Assembly: GCA_963606965.1 (NCBI GenBank)
Contig: CAVDAL010000120.1
Location: 6,751 to 70,750 of the forward strand
Length of the DNA stretch: 64,000 nucleotides
Origin: Acutalibacteraceae bacterium
GTDB lineage: Bacteria > Actinomycetota > Coriobacteriia > Coriobacteriales > QAMH01
Reading direction: 5' to 3'
The translations under genes and the position numbers were made by a program. Under the pieces are notes generated by a model. It saw nothing but the letters and a program-made list of their open reading frames with translations, was not told the DNA's origin and did no database searches. Shown one piece after another: positions 46,005-57,199 of the stretch (its first letter is position 1; each line of letters begins with the position of its first letter).

Positions 46005-46544
46005 TTAGAAGTTTTCATTATAAAGCTCAAAATATTTCTTTGGATGAGCGCATACTGGGCAAACTTCTGGAGCTTTTGGACCAACAACAATATGGCCGCA
46101 ATTTGTGCAAATCCAAATTGCGTCTCCGTCACGGCTAAAGACAAGTCCTTCTTCAATATTTGTGATTAGTTTGCGATAGCGTTCTTCATGGCGTTTTTCA
46201 ATCTGTCCAACCATTTCAAACTTAGCAGCAATTTCATCAAAGCCTTCTTCACGAGCTTCAGCAGCCATGCGATCATACATGTCTGTCCACTCAAAATTTT
46301 CACCATTTGCAGCATCATCTAAATTTGCAGGAGTTTCAGGAATTGCACCACCATGCAAATATTTAAACCAAACTTTTGCATGTTCTTTTTCATTTAAAGC
46401 AGTTTCTGTAAAAAGGTTTGCAATCTGCACATAACCTTCATCTTTTGCTTTTGAGGCATAATAAAGATATTTTGTATGAGCCTGTGACTCGCCTGCAAAA
46501 GCATCCATTAAATTTTTCTCTGTTTTAGTTCCTTTTAATTCCAT
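46005..46544 (-). CDS. rbr: Rubrerythrin
   Basis: The N-terminal domain is ferritin-like diiron ([24 protein letters not shown]). The C-terminal rubredoxin is CTNCG...CPVC. Confidence 0.9.
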   Translation of the reverse strand: MELKGTKTEKNLMDAFAGESQAHTKYLYYASKAKDEGYVQIANLFTETALNEKEHAKVWFKYLHGGAIPETPANLDDAANGENFEWTDMYDRMAAEAREEGFDEIAAKFEMVGQIEKRHEERYRKLITNIEEGLVFSRDGDAIWICTNCGHIVVGPKAPEVCPVCAHPKKYFELYNENF

Positions 46545-46591
46545 CGGTAGCTCCTCTCTTGTTATTAAAAATTACGCGGATGGAACGCCTA

Positions 46592-47509
46592 TTAGGATAT
46601 CGCATTTATGTCGTAAGGTGTTGTCTGATAGACATAATAATTTAGCCAATTACTATATAAAAGATTTGCATGCGCGCGCCAGCTGTTTTTAATGCCCTTT
46701 TCAGGATTGTCATCCACATAATAATTTTTAGGAATTTCAGGACTCAGACCTGCATCAATGTCGCGCAAGTATTCTTCTTGCAAAGTTGTTGTGTCATATT
46801 CTGCATGCCCAGTTATAAAGACTTGTTTGCCTTTATCTGTCATAATCGCAAAAATTCCAGCTTCATCAGAAGAAGCCAAAATTTTTAATTCCTTGCAAGC
46901 TTCAATATCCTCACGCTTGTTGCCAGTATTTCTTGAATGCGGCATCATGAAGCAGTCATCTGCCCCGCGAAAAAGCATAGTGTTCGGCCTATCAATTGTA
47001 TGAGGATAAACACCGTGAATGCGCTGCGGAAGTTCATATTTATCAATTCCATAATGATAATAAAGTGCAGCTTGCGCTCCCCAACAAATATGAAATGTGC
47101 TTGTAACATGCGACTTTGACCATTCAAAAATTTCACAAAGCTCATCCCAATAATCCACATCTTCAAAATGCAAATTTTCTACTGGTGCGCCCGTGATAAT
47201 CATTCCATCAAAATTTTGTGAAGAAATTTCATCAAATGTTTGATAAAAAGCAAGCATATGTTCTTGCGAAACATTTTTTGCGACATGACTTTTTAATTGC
47301 ATCAAAGTGAGCTCAACCTGCAGTGGAGTATTTCCGACAAGTCTAGCTATCTGAGTTTCTGTGCGTATTTTTGTTGGCATCAAATTCAAAAGCAAAACTT
47401 TTAGAGTACGAATATCTTGCGTTAACGCACGTGTCTGCGTCATCACAAAGATATTTTCACTCTCTAAAACTTCTGTTGCAGGAAGCGCATTTGGAATTTT
47501 GATAGGCAC
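46592..47509 (-). CDS. metA: Homoserine O-acyltransferase MetA
   Basis: The N-terminus is MPIKIPNALPA...ENIFVM. The blocks LLNLMP, ITGAP and FHICWGAQA are typical of MetA. Confidence 0.9.
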   Translation of the reverse strand: MPIKIPNALPATEVLESENIFVMTQTRALTQDIRTLKVLLLNLMPTKIRTETQIARLVGNTPLQVELTLMQLKSHVAKNVSQEHMLAFYQTFDEISSQNFDGMIITGAPVENLHFEDVDYWDELCEIFEWSKSHVTSTFHICWGAQAALYYHYGIDKYELPQRIHGVYPHTIDRPNTMLFRGADDCFMMPHSRNTGNKREDIEACKELKILASSDEAGIFAIMTDKGKQVFITGHAEYDTTTLQEEYLRDIDAGLSPEIPKNYYVDDNPEKGIKNSWRAHANLLYSNWLNYYVYQTTPYDINAIS

Positions 47510-47518
47510 AAAAACTCC

Positions 47519-48628
47519 TTAGTCGCTATTCAAAGGAATCCTTGTCCCGGATGTTTCATCGCTAATTTCATTCAAAAGTTCTTTGAAATGTTTTTCAGCT
47601 TTCTTTGAAAGTTTGCGAGGAACATCAACTCCAACATGAACAAATAAATCGCCACGAATTTTTGTCTTGCGAAACCTTGGCATGCCATAACCTTTAATGC
47701 GCACAACCTGATTTGGCTGGCAACCTGCAGGAATTTCAACATCAACTTCTTCATCAGGCATTATGCCTTCAATTTTAATTGTTGTACCAAGTGCAGCCTG
47801 AGCAACATTAACCTTTGCACGAACATGCAAGTTGTCGCCTTCACGTTCAAAATATTCATCAGGTTCAATGCGAACAGTAACCAAAAGGTCGCCACTTGAA
47901 GCACCATTCATGCCAGCTTCGCCCTTATTTGGAACGCGCATCTGCTGACCATCGCGTAAACCTTGCGGGATATCAATTGATAAATGTTCGCGATCAGGAA
48001 CTCTGCCTTGGCCGCCACATTCAGGGCACGGGTTGCTAATAACAGAACCACTACCACCGCAATCTGGACAAGTGCTAGCTGTTTGCATATCGCCCAAGAA
48101 CGTATGCTGAACACTCATAACGCGACCCTGACCATGGCATGTTGAACATGTTGTTTCACCACTGCCATCTGCACTGCCGCTAGCATCGCATTCTTCACAT
48201 GGAACAAGTCGTTCATATGCAATATCTTTTGTGGCGCCAGTTGCAGCTTCTTGCAAAGTCAAACGCAAACCTATTGCCATATCGCGGCCATCTTTACGCA
48301 TGCCAGCGGCACCACGGCCTCCCATGCCGCCAAAAAAGCTACTAAATATGTCGCTCATTCCGCCAAAAATATCGCTCATATCAACAGCATAGCCACCAAA
48401 ACCTCCGCCAGCTTCTGGCGGATTGCCACTGCGGTCATACATTGCCTTTTTTTGCGGATTGGATAAACAGTCATATGCTTCATTTAGCTCTTTGAAGCGA
48501 TCTTCAGCATCCGGTGCCTTGTTGACATCAGGATGCAATTCACGAGCCTTCTTTCGAAAAGCACGCTTGATATCCTTTTCTGAAGCGTTACGCTCAACGC
48601 CTAATATGTCATAGTATTCGTAAGCCAA
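47519..48628 (-). CDS. dnaJ: Molecular chaperone DnaJ
   Basis: The J-domain has an HPD motif (ELHPDVNK), followed by a Gly-rich region. Four CxxCxGxG repeats are present (CEECDASG, CSTCHGQG, CPDCGGSG, CPECGGQG). Confidence 0.95.
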   Translation of the reverse strand: MAYEYYDILGVERNASEKDIKRAFRKKARELHPDVNKAPDAEDRFKELNEAYDCLSNPQKKAMYDRSGNPPEAGGGFGGYAVDMSDIFGGMSDIFSSFFGGMGGRGAAGMRKDGRDMAIGLRLTLQEAATGATKDIAYERLVPCEECDASGSADGSGETTCSTCHGQGRVMSVQHTFLGDMQTASTCPDCGGSGSVISNPCPECGGQGRVPDREHLSIDIPQGLRDGQQMRVPNKGEAGMNGASSGDLLVTVRIEPDEYFEREGDNLHVRAKVNVAQAALGTTIKIEGIMPDEEVDVEIPAGCQPNQVVRIKGYGMPRFRKTKIRGDLFVHVGVDVPRKLSKKAEKHFKELLNEISDETSGTRIPLNSD

Positions 48629-48729
48629 AATATCCCCCGAAAAAGCATTATTATTTTTTGCTCATTAAAAGAACTTTCCTATTTTCTATTACATCGGGCA
48701 AAACGGCTATAAATGTTTCCTATCTGTCA

Positions 48730-49947
48730 CTAACTCGCAAGATTGATGACGCTTGCAAAGATTTCATTGCCACAAAGCCAACCTTTAGCGGTAGGAATGA
48801 AGCTTTTCTCTTTTTGAATAATCAGATTTTTCTCTTGCAAATCTTGCAAAACATTATGCAATTCAGGGACATAATCTATTACTTTTTCAAGCAAAACTGA
48901 GTCAGGACCCATGCTCATGCGAAAGCCTAGCATCACATCTTCAAGCAATGCTTCTTTTTGTGATAATAATTCACATTCGACAGCAGGCTTTGCATTTGTT
49001 TTGATGAAATTTTCAATATTATCTGATACCTTAAAGCGAATTCTTGCTGCATCTTCATGCTGCGCCAATTCAAGGTTAAAGCTTTCATTTTCTTCAAATA
49101 TGCCAGCCTGCAAACATAAAAAATATTCATCACTTGTCATCATGCTTGAACTAACAGCGCCAAGGCCAAGATAAGATTTTCCAGTCCAATAAGAAATATT
49201 ATGTTTTGATTCATATCCAGGCAATGCATAAGATGCTACTTCATAGCGCTCAAATCCAGCAGCTTCCAAAACATCTTTTGCGCAAAGCATCATGTCTGCC
49301 TGCATATCTTCAGATGCAACGCTGCATTCTCCCCGCTCAACAGCTTTATCTAAAGGCGTGCCAGTTTCAACAGTTAATGGATAAATGCTGATATGCTTAA
49401 GCCCAGTTTCCAAAGCACTATTCAGGCTTTGCTCCCATGATTCAATATTTTGAGTCTGTGCTCCGCAAATTAAGTCCAAGCTAAAGTTGTCAAAGCGCGT
49501 TTTTATTGCTGATATAGCATCAAATATTGCCTGCGAGTTATGAACGCGCCCATAAAAACGCAAATCTTTATCATTAAAACTCTGAGCACCAAGGCTTATG
49601 CGGTCAACGCCCAATGCATATAAATCTTTGACTATGCGTTCATCTATAGAATCTGGATTAGCCTCTAACGTAAATTCTTCAATCTGTTCAAGATTTATTG
49701 AAAGCGACAACAGATAAATAAGACTAGAGAGCCTGCGTGAACCAAGATATGTTGGAGTACCGCCGCCTATATAAATTGTCTTTAAATCTCCGAAAAGGCC
49801 TGCTCTTGACGCACGACGTATCTGCAAAGAAAGCGCATTTACATATGCATCCATTAATGCATCATCATTACATGCTTGCGTTTCAAAATCACAATAAAAG
49901 CAGCGCTTTTTACAAAATGGGATATGAATATATAAAGCTTCAATCAT
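48730..49947 (-). CDS. hemW: Radical SAM heme chaperone HemW (HemN-like, oxygen-independent CPO family)
   Basis: The N-terminus is MIEALYIHIPFCKKRCFYCDF. The ATG at 49947 overlaps the dus stop (ATGATTGA). The ORF-track start at 50040 lies inside dus. Confidence 0.85.
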   Translation of the reverse strand: MIEALYIHIPFCKKRCFYCDFETQACNDDALMDAYVNALSLQIRRASRAGLFGDLKTIYIGGGTPTYLGSRRLSSLIYLLSLSINLEQIEEFTLEANPDSIDERIVKDLYALGVDRISLGAQSFNDKDLRFYGRVHNSQAIFDAISAIKTRFDNFSLDLICGAQTQNIESWEQSLNSALETGLKHISIYPLTVETGTPLDKAVERGECSVASEDMQADMMLCAKDVLEAAGFERYEVASYALPGYESKHNISYWTGKSYLGLGAVSSSMMTSDEYFLCLQAGIFEENESFNLELAQHEDAARIRFKVSDNIENFIKTNAKPAVECELLSQKEALLEDVMLGFRMSMGPDSVLLEKVIDYVPELHNVLQDLQEKNLIIQKEKSFIPTAKGWLCGNEIFASVINLAS

Positions 49948-50860
49948 TGAGCAAACCTTCAAAATCTTCATAACTTGTGCATTGCGACAATGCGCGCCTG
50001 AACTGTGCCGCACCGCTAATTCCATGCGCATATGCAGCAAATTGTGAACGCAGCGGAGTCAAATGTTCGCTGCCAAAAAATTGCACATAAAGGTGCAAAT
50101 GTTCACGCATGCAGGCAAGCCTCTCTTCTTTGCTTGGAATTTTATTTTCAAAAATCCAAGGATTACCGCGAGCACCCCTGGCAGCCATAACGGCATCAGC
50201 TCCGGTTTGTTCCATCATCTTTTGTGCATCATCAAAAGAATAAATATCGCCAGAGCCAATAACTGGAATTTCGCATGCTGCTTTCACCTGCGCAATTATG
50301 CTCCAATCAGCTTTGCCTGAATACATCTGCTTTGACGTGCGGCCATGAATAGCAACAGCTGCAGCCCCTGCTTCTTGCAGGCGCAAAGCAAAATCAACAG
50401 CATTGACACTTTGACTATCCCATCCGCTTCTGAATTTAGCTGTGACTGCAACATCAACATTTTTGCAAATTGATGAAATAATTTCTGCTGCTTCGTCGGG
50501 AGTTTTCATTAATGCGCTGCCTTCATCTTTGCTCACAACTTTTTTAACTGGACAGCCCATATTCACATCAATAAAAGCTAGTTTAGAGCCCAGACGCCGC
50601 TGCACTGCATACGCCTGAGCAGCTAAAACATTTGGTTCATGTCCGAAAAGCTGAACTGCGATTTTTTCTTCTTCATCAGCAGGCTCGAGCAAGTCCCATG
50701 TATTTTTATTATCATATTCAAGGCCTTTTGCGCTGACCATTTCTGTATATGTTAAAGCAGCGCCATGGCGTAAGCAAATTGTTCTAAAAGCTTTATCTGT
50801 GACGCCAGCCATAGGCGCCAATAACAACTTGCCCTTATATTCATTAAAAAAAGATGGCAT
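49940..50860 (-). CDS. dus: tRNA-dihydrouridine synthase
   Basis: Motifs include LAPMAGVTD, DVNMGCP and the FMN-binding block HGRT. I prefer the ATG at 50860 (MPSFFNEY). The ORF-track start at 50899 overlaps lepA by 17 nt. Confidence 0.85.
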   Translation of the reverse strand: MPSFFNEYKGKLLLAPMAGVTDKAFRTICLRHGAALTYTEMVSAKGLEYDNKNTWDLLEPADEEEKIAVQLFGHEPNVLAAQAYAVQRRLGSKLAFIDVNMGCPVKKVVSKDEGSALMKTPDEAAEIISSICKNVDVAVTAKFRSGWDSQSVNAVDFALRLQEAGAAAVAIHGRTSKQMYSGKADWSIIAQVKAACEIPVIGSGDIYSFDDAQKMMEQTGADAVMAARGARGNPWIFENKIPSKEERLACMREHLHLYVQFFGSEHLTPLRSQFAAYAHGISGAAQFRRALSQCTSYEDFEGLLND

Positions 50861-50882
50861 TGTGCGCAAACGCCCCTTATCT

Positions 50883-52688
50883 TTAAGAGTCTTTATCAAC
50901 CTTCAAAATAGCCATGAAAGCTTCTTGCGGGACTTCAACATTGCCAATAGACTTCATCTTTTTCTTGCCAGCTTTTTGCTTTTCCAAAAGCTTGCGTTTG
51001 CGGCTGATATCGCCACCATAACACTTTGCTAAAACATCCTTACGCTTTGCTTTAACATTTGTTCTGGCTAGGACTCTGCTGCCTACCGCAGCTTGGATTG
51101 GCACTTCAAAAAGCTGCTGCGGAATAATCTCTTTTAACTTCACAGCTAAGTCATGACCGAGCCTGTACGCATTGTCTTTGTGAACAATAAAGCTTAAAGC
51201 GTCAACCGGGTTGCCAGAAAGCAAAATATCAAGCTTTACAAGTTCACTAGGCCTATATCCACAAATTTCATAATCAAGCGACGCATAGCCCTTCGTGCGG
51301 CTCTTTAATGAATCAAAAAAGTCCATTATCAATTCAGACAGTGGCATTTCAAATTTCAATTCAACAGTTGCCTGAGAAAGATATTGCATATTCTTAAAAT
51401 TGCCGCGGCGCTGCGTTGCAAGCTCCATTACAGCACCAACATAATCAGGCGGGACAATTATTGAAGCTGTCAAATAAGGTTCTTCAATATGTTCAATGCG
51501 TGCCTGATCTGGCATATCCTGCGGAGAATGAACAATGAAATCTGTTCCGTCTGTGCAATAAACGCGATATTCAACACTTGGAGCTGTTGCAATCAAGTCA
51601 AGGTTAAATTCACGTTCGAGTCTTTCCTTAATAACTTCCATATGAAGCAAGCCTAAAAATCCAACGCGAAAACCAAAGCCCAAAGCATGGCTTGTCTCTG
51701 GCTCATAAACCAAGGCAGGATCATTTAAAACAAGTTTGTCTAATGCGTCACGAAGCATTGGATATTGGTCTGCATCAATTGGGAAAATACCTGTATAAAC
51801 CATTGGTTTAACATCGCGGTACCCCGGTAAAGCTTCATCTGTTCCATCTTTTTGAGTTGTTACAGTGTCACCAACTTTAACCATACTTGGGTCTTTTAAG
51901 CCAGTAACAAGATAGCCAACTTCACCAATTGTCAATTCATCAACTGGAGTTTCTGCTGGGCGACGAACGCCAACTTCTTCAACAAGGCAATTTTCTTCAG
52001 TTGCAAGAAAACGAATTTTGTCGCCCTTTTTTATTGAGCCATCAACAATACGAATTAAAGCAACAACGCCTCTGTATGCATCAAAATATGAATCGAAAAT
52101 CAAGGCCTTTAGTGGTGCATCTGCATTGCCTTTAGGGTGTGGGATTTTTTCAACAATTGCTTCAAGCAAATCTTCAACGCCAATGCCAGACTTGCCACTT
52201 GTTAAAATTGCTTCATCTGCTGGAATTGCAAGGCCTTCTTCAATTTCATTACGAACTCGCTCGGGGTCTGCTGCAGGCAAATCAATTTTGTTAATTGCTG
52301 GGATAATTTCAAGATTTGCATTCATAGCCATCAAGGCATTTGCAACAGTTTGAGCTTCAACGCCTTGAGTAGCATCAACGACCAAAACAGCGCCTTCACA
52401 CGCAGCCAAAGAACGGCTGACTTCATATGTGAAATCAACATGGCCAGGCGTATCAATCAAATTAAATTGATATGTATTTCCATCTTTTGCAGTATATAAA
52501 ATGCAAACAGCCTGAGACTTGATTGTGATGCCACGCTCACGTTCAATGTCCATGCTGTCAAGCACTTGTTCAACCATGTCGCGCTCTGCAATTGTGTGAG
52601 TAAGTTGCAATACTCTATCAGCAAGAGTCGACTTTCCATGATCGATGTGTGCAATTATTGAAAAATTTCTGATAAATTTAGGTTCCAT
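50883..52688 (-). CDS. lepA: Translation elongation factor 4 (LepA)
   Basis: The N-terminus is [17 protein letters not shown], with DTPGHVDF and NKID motifs. The LepA-specific C-terminal domain is present. The ORF is 601 aa. Confidence 0.95.
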   Translation of the reverse strand: MEPKFIRNFSIIAHIDHGKSTLADRVLQLTHTIAERDMVEQVLDSMDIERERGITIKSQAVCILYTAKDGNTYQFNLIDTPGHVDFTYEVSRSLAACEGAVLVVDATQGVEAQTVANALMAMNANLEIIPAINKIDLPAADPERVRNEIEEGLAIPADEAILTSGKSGIGVEDLLEAIVEKIPHPKGNADAPLKALIFDSYFDAYRGVVALIRIVDGSIKKGDKIRFLATEENCLVEEVGVRRPAETPVDELTIGEVGYLVTGLKDPSMVKVGDTVTTQKDGTDEALPGYRDVKPMVYTGIFPIDADQYPMLRDALDKLVLNDPALVYEPETSHALGFGFRVGFLGLLHMEVIKERLEREFNLDLIATAPSVEYRVYCTDGTDFIVHSPQDMPDQARIEHIEEPYLTASIIVPPDYVGAVMELATQRRGNFKNMQYLSQATVELKFEMPLSELIMDFFDSLKSRTKGYASLDYEICGYRPSELVKLDILLSGNPVDALSFIVHKDNAYRLGHDLAVKLKEIIPQQLFEVPIQAAVGSRVLARTNVKAKRKDVLAKCYGGDISRKRKLLEKQKAGKKKMKSIGNVEVPQEAFMAILKVDKDS

Positions 52689-52697
52689 AGCTTTTAC

Positions 52698-52703
52698 ATT
52701 ATA
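52698..52703 (-). promoter_or_regulatory. Candidate -10 box for a leaderless lepA mRNA
   Basis: On the minus strand a TATAAT lies 9 nt upstream of the lepA ATG. There is no Shine-Dalgarno sequence, and the box sits immediately after the rpsT terminator. Confidence 0.4.
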
Positions 52704-52704
52704 T

Positions 52705-52735
52705 AAAAAACCGCCCCCTTTTGAGAGCGGTTTTT
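52705..52735 (-). terminator. Intrinsic terminator after rpsT
   Basis: On the minus strand AAAAACCGCTCTCAAAAGGGGGCGGTTTTTT forms the stem AACCGC/GCGGTT and runs into a U-tract. Confidence 0.7.
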
Positions 52736-52759
52736 AATGTCTCGGTAAAGAGGAGCTTT

Positions 52760-53026
52760 TTAAGCTTGCATACCATTCACTTTGAGCATTACACCATGCT
52801 TGCGGTTAGCAGCTTGGTTTTTGTGAATGATCCCCTTTGAAGCAGCTTTGTCAAGCAAACGGCAAGCATGCTGTGCAGCCGATTTTGCAGCATCTACGTC
52901 TTTTGCAGCAACAGCTTCTTCTACACGACGGACAGCAGTTTTGAGTTCTGCTTTGCAGCTCTTGTTGCGCAGGCGCGCTTTTTCATTTGTCTTAATACGC
53001 TTCTTCTGAGATTTGATGTTTGCCAT
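52760..53026 (-). CDS. rpsT: 30S ribosomal protein S20
   Basis: This basic 88-aa ORF begins [22 protein letters not shown]. Confidence 0.95.
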   Translation of the reverse strand: MANIKSQKKRIKTNEKARLRNKSCKAELKTAVRRVEEAVAAKDVDAAKSAAQHACRLLDKAASKGIIHKNQAANRKHGVMLKVNGMQA

Positions 53027-53119
53027 TTTTGGCTTTTCCTTTCAATATAAACTTTTATTTCGTACAGTGGGAAATGTATCGAAACCACGAAATCATAGCA
53101 CAGAACGCTTACATTGTCT

Positions 53120-54100
53120 TCAAGATTTTTGAATACAAATGCTCAAAAGCCATTTCTCTAAGAGAATTGATGCATCTCCGGTGCTAGTTTTTAATGCAGA
53201 TTCAAGATTTGCAGCACCAATCAAAGCATTTTCAAGTTCTTTTTGAGTAAAGCGAGCAGCCCAAGCAGGGTGATTTTTAACTCGCCAATCAGGCACTTTT
53301 AAACGAGCAGCCAACGCTTTTAAGTTGACTTGCCTGCCAAAATCTTTTGCATATAAAAGTTCACGTATTCTGCCAACACAAATTGCAAGCAAGCGCAGTG
53401 GCTGTTCAGAATCCATCCTGCTCAAAACTTTCAAAACTTGCTTTGCATCACGATTAGACATTGCATCTGCAAGATGCCAAGGCTTTGCTTGAGCACTGCG
53501 CACAACAAGCTTGCGAACTTCCTCAACGCCTATTGTTGCATTTTTGCCCAAAGCTGCAGCCATCTTTTCAATTTCAGCATTAAGCCTGACTGTTGAATCC
53601 CCCACCAAATCAATAAGTTCTCTTGCGGCAGCGTCACTCATGCTAACTTTATTGCTAGTTGCAAAAGAACGAACTTGGGCAGGCAAGTCTCTTGCGTTTT
53701 TTGGAGCACAATCAACAATAGATTTTGCATCAACTTTTGCAATTGCTTTATAAAGACGAGTATTTTTTGCAAGCTTTGAAGCACTCATTGCAAGTACTGT
53801 TGTTTCATTTGGAGACTGAAGATAATTAACAATTGCTTCTTGAACTTCTTTGCGAGCTTTATCGACATCTGTACAAACAACCAGCCTATATTCACACATA
53901 AATGGCAATGTGTTACATGCTGCCAAAAGTTCCTGTGCTTGCACACTTTCGCCATGAAATGTGTCTTTATTAAAATCTAAGTCGCCAAGCTTTGAAATTC
54001 GCTCAACCAAGCGCTTCAAAACATAATCACGCTTTAATTCATCTTCACCATTAAAAAGATATGCTTGTAATAAACCTTCAGACAAAATTATTCCTTTCAT
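53120..54100 (-). CDS. holA: DNA polymerase III subunit delta
   Basis: The 326-aa ORF has a HolA-like N-terminus (YLFNGEDELKRD). It lies in the conserved comEC-holA-rpsT neighbourhood and overlaps comEC by 4 nt. Confidence 0.8.
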   Translation of the reverse strand: MKGIILSEGLLQAYLFNGEDELKRDYVLKRLVERISKLGDLDFNKDTFHGESVQAQELLAACNTLPFMCEYRLVVCTDVDKARKEVQEAIVNYLQSPNETTVLAMSASKLAKNTRLYKAIAKVDAKSIVDCAPKNARDLPAQVRSFATSNKVSMSDAAARELIDLVGDSTVRLNAEIEKMAAALGKNATIGVEEVRKLVVRSAQAKPWHLADAMSNRDAKQVLKVLSRMDSEQPLRLLAICVGRIRELLYAKDFGRQVNLKALAARLKVPDWRVKNHPAWAARFTQKELENALIGAANLESALKTSTGDASILLEKWLLSICIQKS

Positions 54101-56502
54101 TTATGTCTTAAGGATACACCAAGTTTGCTCTGCGCAAAACTTATTGTTATGTCGCTTGCAATGTCTGTGCGATAAACGCGCGCGCCGCACGCTTCCAAAG
54201 CCTTAACAGTATTACTTGCTGGATGACCATATCTATTATCTTCGCCAACGCTTATTAATGCAATTTTTGGGGAAAGTTGCACTAATTCTTCTTCAGAAAA
54301 TGCCTTTTTGCTCCCATGATGTGGAACTTTTACAATGTCAACATGTTTGACAATTTCACAAACATCAGCAAGAGCTTGAGATTCTGCATCCCCAGTAAGC
54401 AAAGCGCTTGATTCTGCTTTGCCATCGCCATCTTCATCATATTCAAGCAAGTTAACTAGAGAATCTTCATTTTCACTTTCTCCACCTTCAGCAGGCGCAA
54501 GCAAAGTCAGCTTAAACCTGCCTATTTTTAAAACATCCCCAACGCTTAAACCACTAGCGCCCTTACTGCCAGTAAGCCAGCTAGCCGCGTCCAAGATTCC
54601 CTTTTCCCCTTCATAATCTAGCAAATCTTCATGAATAAAAACATTATCGACTTGAACAACACCAGCCAAGCTTGAAAGAGAGCCACTATGGTCAGAGTCT
54701 TTATGAGTAATAATAATGGCGTCGAGTTTTGTTATACCACACCTTGCTAAAGCAGCTTTTAAAAGATTATCTTCTTCCCCAACATCAATAAGTATTGCAG
54801 CATCTTTGTCGCATATAAGCATACTGTCGCCTTGACCAACATCAAGCATTACAATTTTCGCCTTGCCATCAGAGCTAAAAACGGCAAAACCAGTAAATAA
54901 GGCTATTAAAATTGGAACAAAAAGACATAAAGCAGTAACAAGCTTCCACTTTATATTTTTGTAAGGCTTTTTTATGGCTTCAGCATTTTCATTAATTTTA
55001 GGACATGGCCAAAAGCAATAAATTCCAAGCAAAAATGCAGAAAATAAAATTACAAGATGCACAGCAGCAGAATCAAGCGGAATACAAGAGCATGAAATTT
55101 TTGAAAATATATTAACCAATAACAAAACAAGCGAAATGCACACAGATGCAATTGAAAGAAGCAAACTGCCAGCAGGTGCACAAATAACAAAGATTAAAAG
55201 CCCTATCAAGCCAACAGCCAGCGCAAATGTTACAAACGGCGCAACAATGCATGTGCTTATTGGAGAAAGCAATGGAAACTGCTGAAAAAGTAAAATAGAA
55301 ACAGGGCTTGTTGTTAAACTGGCAGCAATGCCAATAGATATAGCTTCTGAAATATTTTGAAATTTGCCAGCAAATAGACATGAAAGCCATGAAGCAAATA
55401 GCGGTCCAAAAAGCAATATTCCAAAAACTGCTAGCACAGACAATTGAAATGCAGCAGAAAATGCAACACTTGGTTCAAGAAGAATTAATGCAATTATGCA
55501 AATAGATAAAGCCTGAAGCGAGCTTGATTTACGTTTAAAAACATTTGCTCCCAAGCCTGCTATACACATTATGCACGAACGTAAAGCTGACAAAGAAAGA
55601 GCAGTCAAAACAAGATATGAAACAATTAAAACACCTGCAACAAATGCTCTTTTCTTGCGGCTTATCGGAAAGGCGCCAAGCAAAGCATTTGCTAAAGCAC
55701 ATACAACAGCTAAATGTGTGCCAGATACAGCCATCAAATGAGCAAGTCCTGTAGACTTAAATTCTTGTTCAACCTGCGTGCCAGAATAAAGGGTTTTATT
55801 ACCAAGCAGAATTCCTGCTAAAACGCCAGAAGTTTGCGTTGAGATATTTGAAATTCTTTCAAAAGAAGCATCTCTGAAAGGCGCCAACAGCCCACTTGCA
55901 CTTTTTGCATTGCCAGTTTCTTCCACTTTTTGCAATTTTATTAAACCTAAAATTCCATTCTTGTGATACCACTTCCCAGATTCTTCTTTATTTGGTTTTA
56001 TATATGAACCACTTGCTTTAAATCTATGTCCTATGCTCACATTTTCATAATCATCAGGCCACGCAACGCGCACTTGTATCCACTTTCCATCACACATTGC
56101 TCGCACTTCAGAATTTTTGCCATAGTCACTTTTGGTCATATCACTTGTTGTTTCAAAAATAAATTCATTTGAACTTAAATCTTGTGACACTTTTTCTATG
56201 TTAGATTCCCATGAAGACCAATACAACAAAGAAATAAATATAGCAACAATAGACACAGCAAATAAAATATATATAACAGAAAAATTTGATTTTCTCTGAA
56301 TACAAATAAGGATAAGAAATAATACAAAAAGGCATAATAAAAATGTAAAAACAAATATCAAACTATTGTCACTTTTATTTTCAGATATATAGCGCTGCCA
56401 CATTGCATTTTCAATAAGAATTGAAATAAGCCAAACAATAACAGCAGCAAAAAATAAAAACCCAAGACTTGGCCGCTTAGCTCTATTAAACTCTATACGC
56501 AT
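54097..56502 (-). CDS. comEC: DNA internalization competence protein ComEC/Rec2
   Basis: A polytopic competence domain is followed by a C-terminal metallo-beta-lactamase domain (ITHKDSDHSG, VPHHGS). The ORF is 801 aa. Confidence 0.9.
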   Translation of the reverse strand: MRIEFNRAKRPSLGFLFFAAVIVWLISILIENAMWQRYISENKSDNSLIFVFTFLLCLFVLFLILICIQRKSNFSVIYILFAVSIVAIFISLLYWSSWESNIEKVSQDLSSNEFIFETTSDMTKSDYGKNSEVRAMCDGKWIQVRVAWPDDYENVSIGHRFKASGSYIKPNKEESGKWYHKNGILGLIKLQKVEETGNAKSASGLLAPFRDASFERISNISTQTSGVLAGILLGNKTLYSGTQVEQEFKSTGLAHLMAVSGTHLAVVCALANALLGAFPISRKKRAFVAGVLIVSYLVLTALSLSALRSCIMCIAGLGANVFKRKSSSLQALSICIIALILLEPSVAFSAAFQLSVLAVFGILLFGPLFASWLSCLFAGKFQNISEAISIGIAASLTTSPVSILLFQQFPLLSPISTCIVAPFVTFALAVGLIGLLIFVICAPAGSLLLSIASVCISLVLLLVNIFSKISCSCIPLDSAAVHLVILFSAFLLGIYCFWPCPKINENAEAIKKPYKNIKWKLVTALCLFVPILIALFTGFAVFSSDGKAKIVMLDVGQGDSMLICDKDAAILIDVGEEDNLLKAALARCGITKLDAIIITHKDSDHSGSLSSLAGVVQVDNVFIHEDLLDYEGEKGILDAASWLTGSKGASGLSVGDVLKIGRFKLTLLAPAEGGESENEDSLVNLLEYDEDGDGKAESSALLTGDAESQALADVCEIVKHVDIVKVPHHGSKKAFSEEELVQLSPKIALISVGEDNRYGHPASNTVKALEACGARVYRTDIASDITISFAQSKLGVSLRHK

Positions 56503-57170
56503 ATATAATCCTTCAAAGATTCAAATCTGGTATCGCCAATTCCAGAGACCTTTTTCAAATCTTCAATGCTTGAAAAGTTTCCATTCTTTTCGCGATAATC
56601 AACTATGCGCTGCGATAAAGTTTCCCCTATTCCAGACAAGTTTTGTAAATCTTGCGCGCTTGCGGTATTTAAATTTATCTTTTCTTGATTTGATGAATTT
56701 GAAGATGATGATGAACTTATGCCAGATGAAGACGAACTTGCACTACCGCTAACATTTTGCGACTTTTGCTCTTTTTTTGAAAGCACATAAAGCTGCATTC
56801 CGTCAGTTAATTTTTCTGCCAAATTTACAGAATCGCGAGCTGCATATTTTGTGAATCCTCCTGCGATTTCAATTGCATGGCCAACACGTGCATCAACATC
56901 AAGTTCATATAAGCCTGGATTTTTAACACAGCCTTCAATATCAACAAGAATTTTTGATGTGCTTTCAACACTTGTTGCGTCACTAGATTCGATTTGAAAA
57001 TCTTGGCTTTCAGTTTCAACATTTTGAGAAGGCCAAAAATGAATAGCAGCAACAACAATAGCTGCGATCAAGAAGATAACAACGCAAACTAATACAGGCT
57101 TTGGAACATTTGAAAGCCCAGCTCTGCGCAAGAAGGAATTAATTCGAATATGTAAGCTATCTTTAATCAT
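56493..57170 (-). CDS. comEA: DNA-binding competence protein ComEA
   Basis: The N-terminus has a TM anchor. An SLBB-like middle region follows. The C-terminus has tandem helix-hairpin-helix motifs (INLNTASAQDLQNLSGIGETLSQRIVDYR...LKKVSGIG). Confidence 0.85.
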   Translation of the reverse strand: MIKDSLHIRINSFLRRAGLSNVPKPVLVCVVIFLIAAIVVAAIHFWPSQNVETESQDFQIESSDATSVESTSKILVDIEGCVKNPGLYELDVDARVGHAIEIAGGFTKYAARDSVNLAEKLTDGMQLYVLSKKEQKSQNVSGSASSSSSGISSSSSSNSSNQEKINLNTASAQDLQNLSGIGETLSQRIVDYREKNGNFSSIEDLKKVSGIGDTRFESLKDYICV

Positions 57171-57199
57171 GCAGATAGCATATCAAGAAAACCTTGCCA

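Noticed and set aside
48629-48729. I looked for a CIRCE (TTAGCACTC-N9-GAGTGCTAA) or HAIR heat-shock operator upstream of dnaJ.
   Set aside because: No inverted repeat resembling either consensus is present. TTAGTGACAG at the hemW end has no matching partner.
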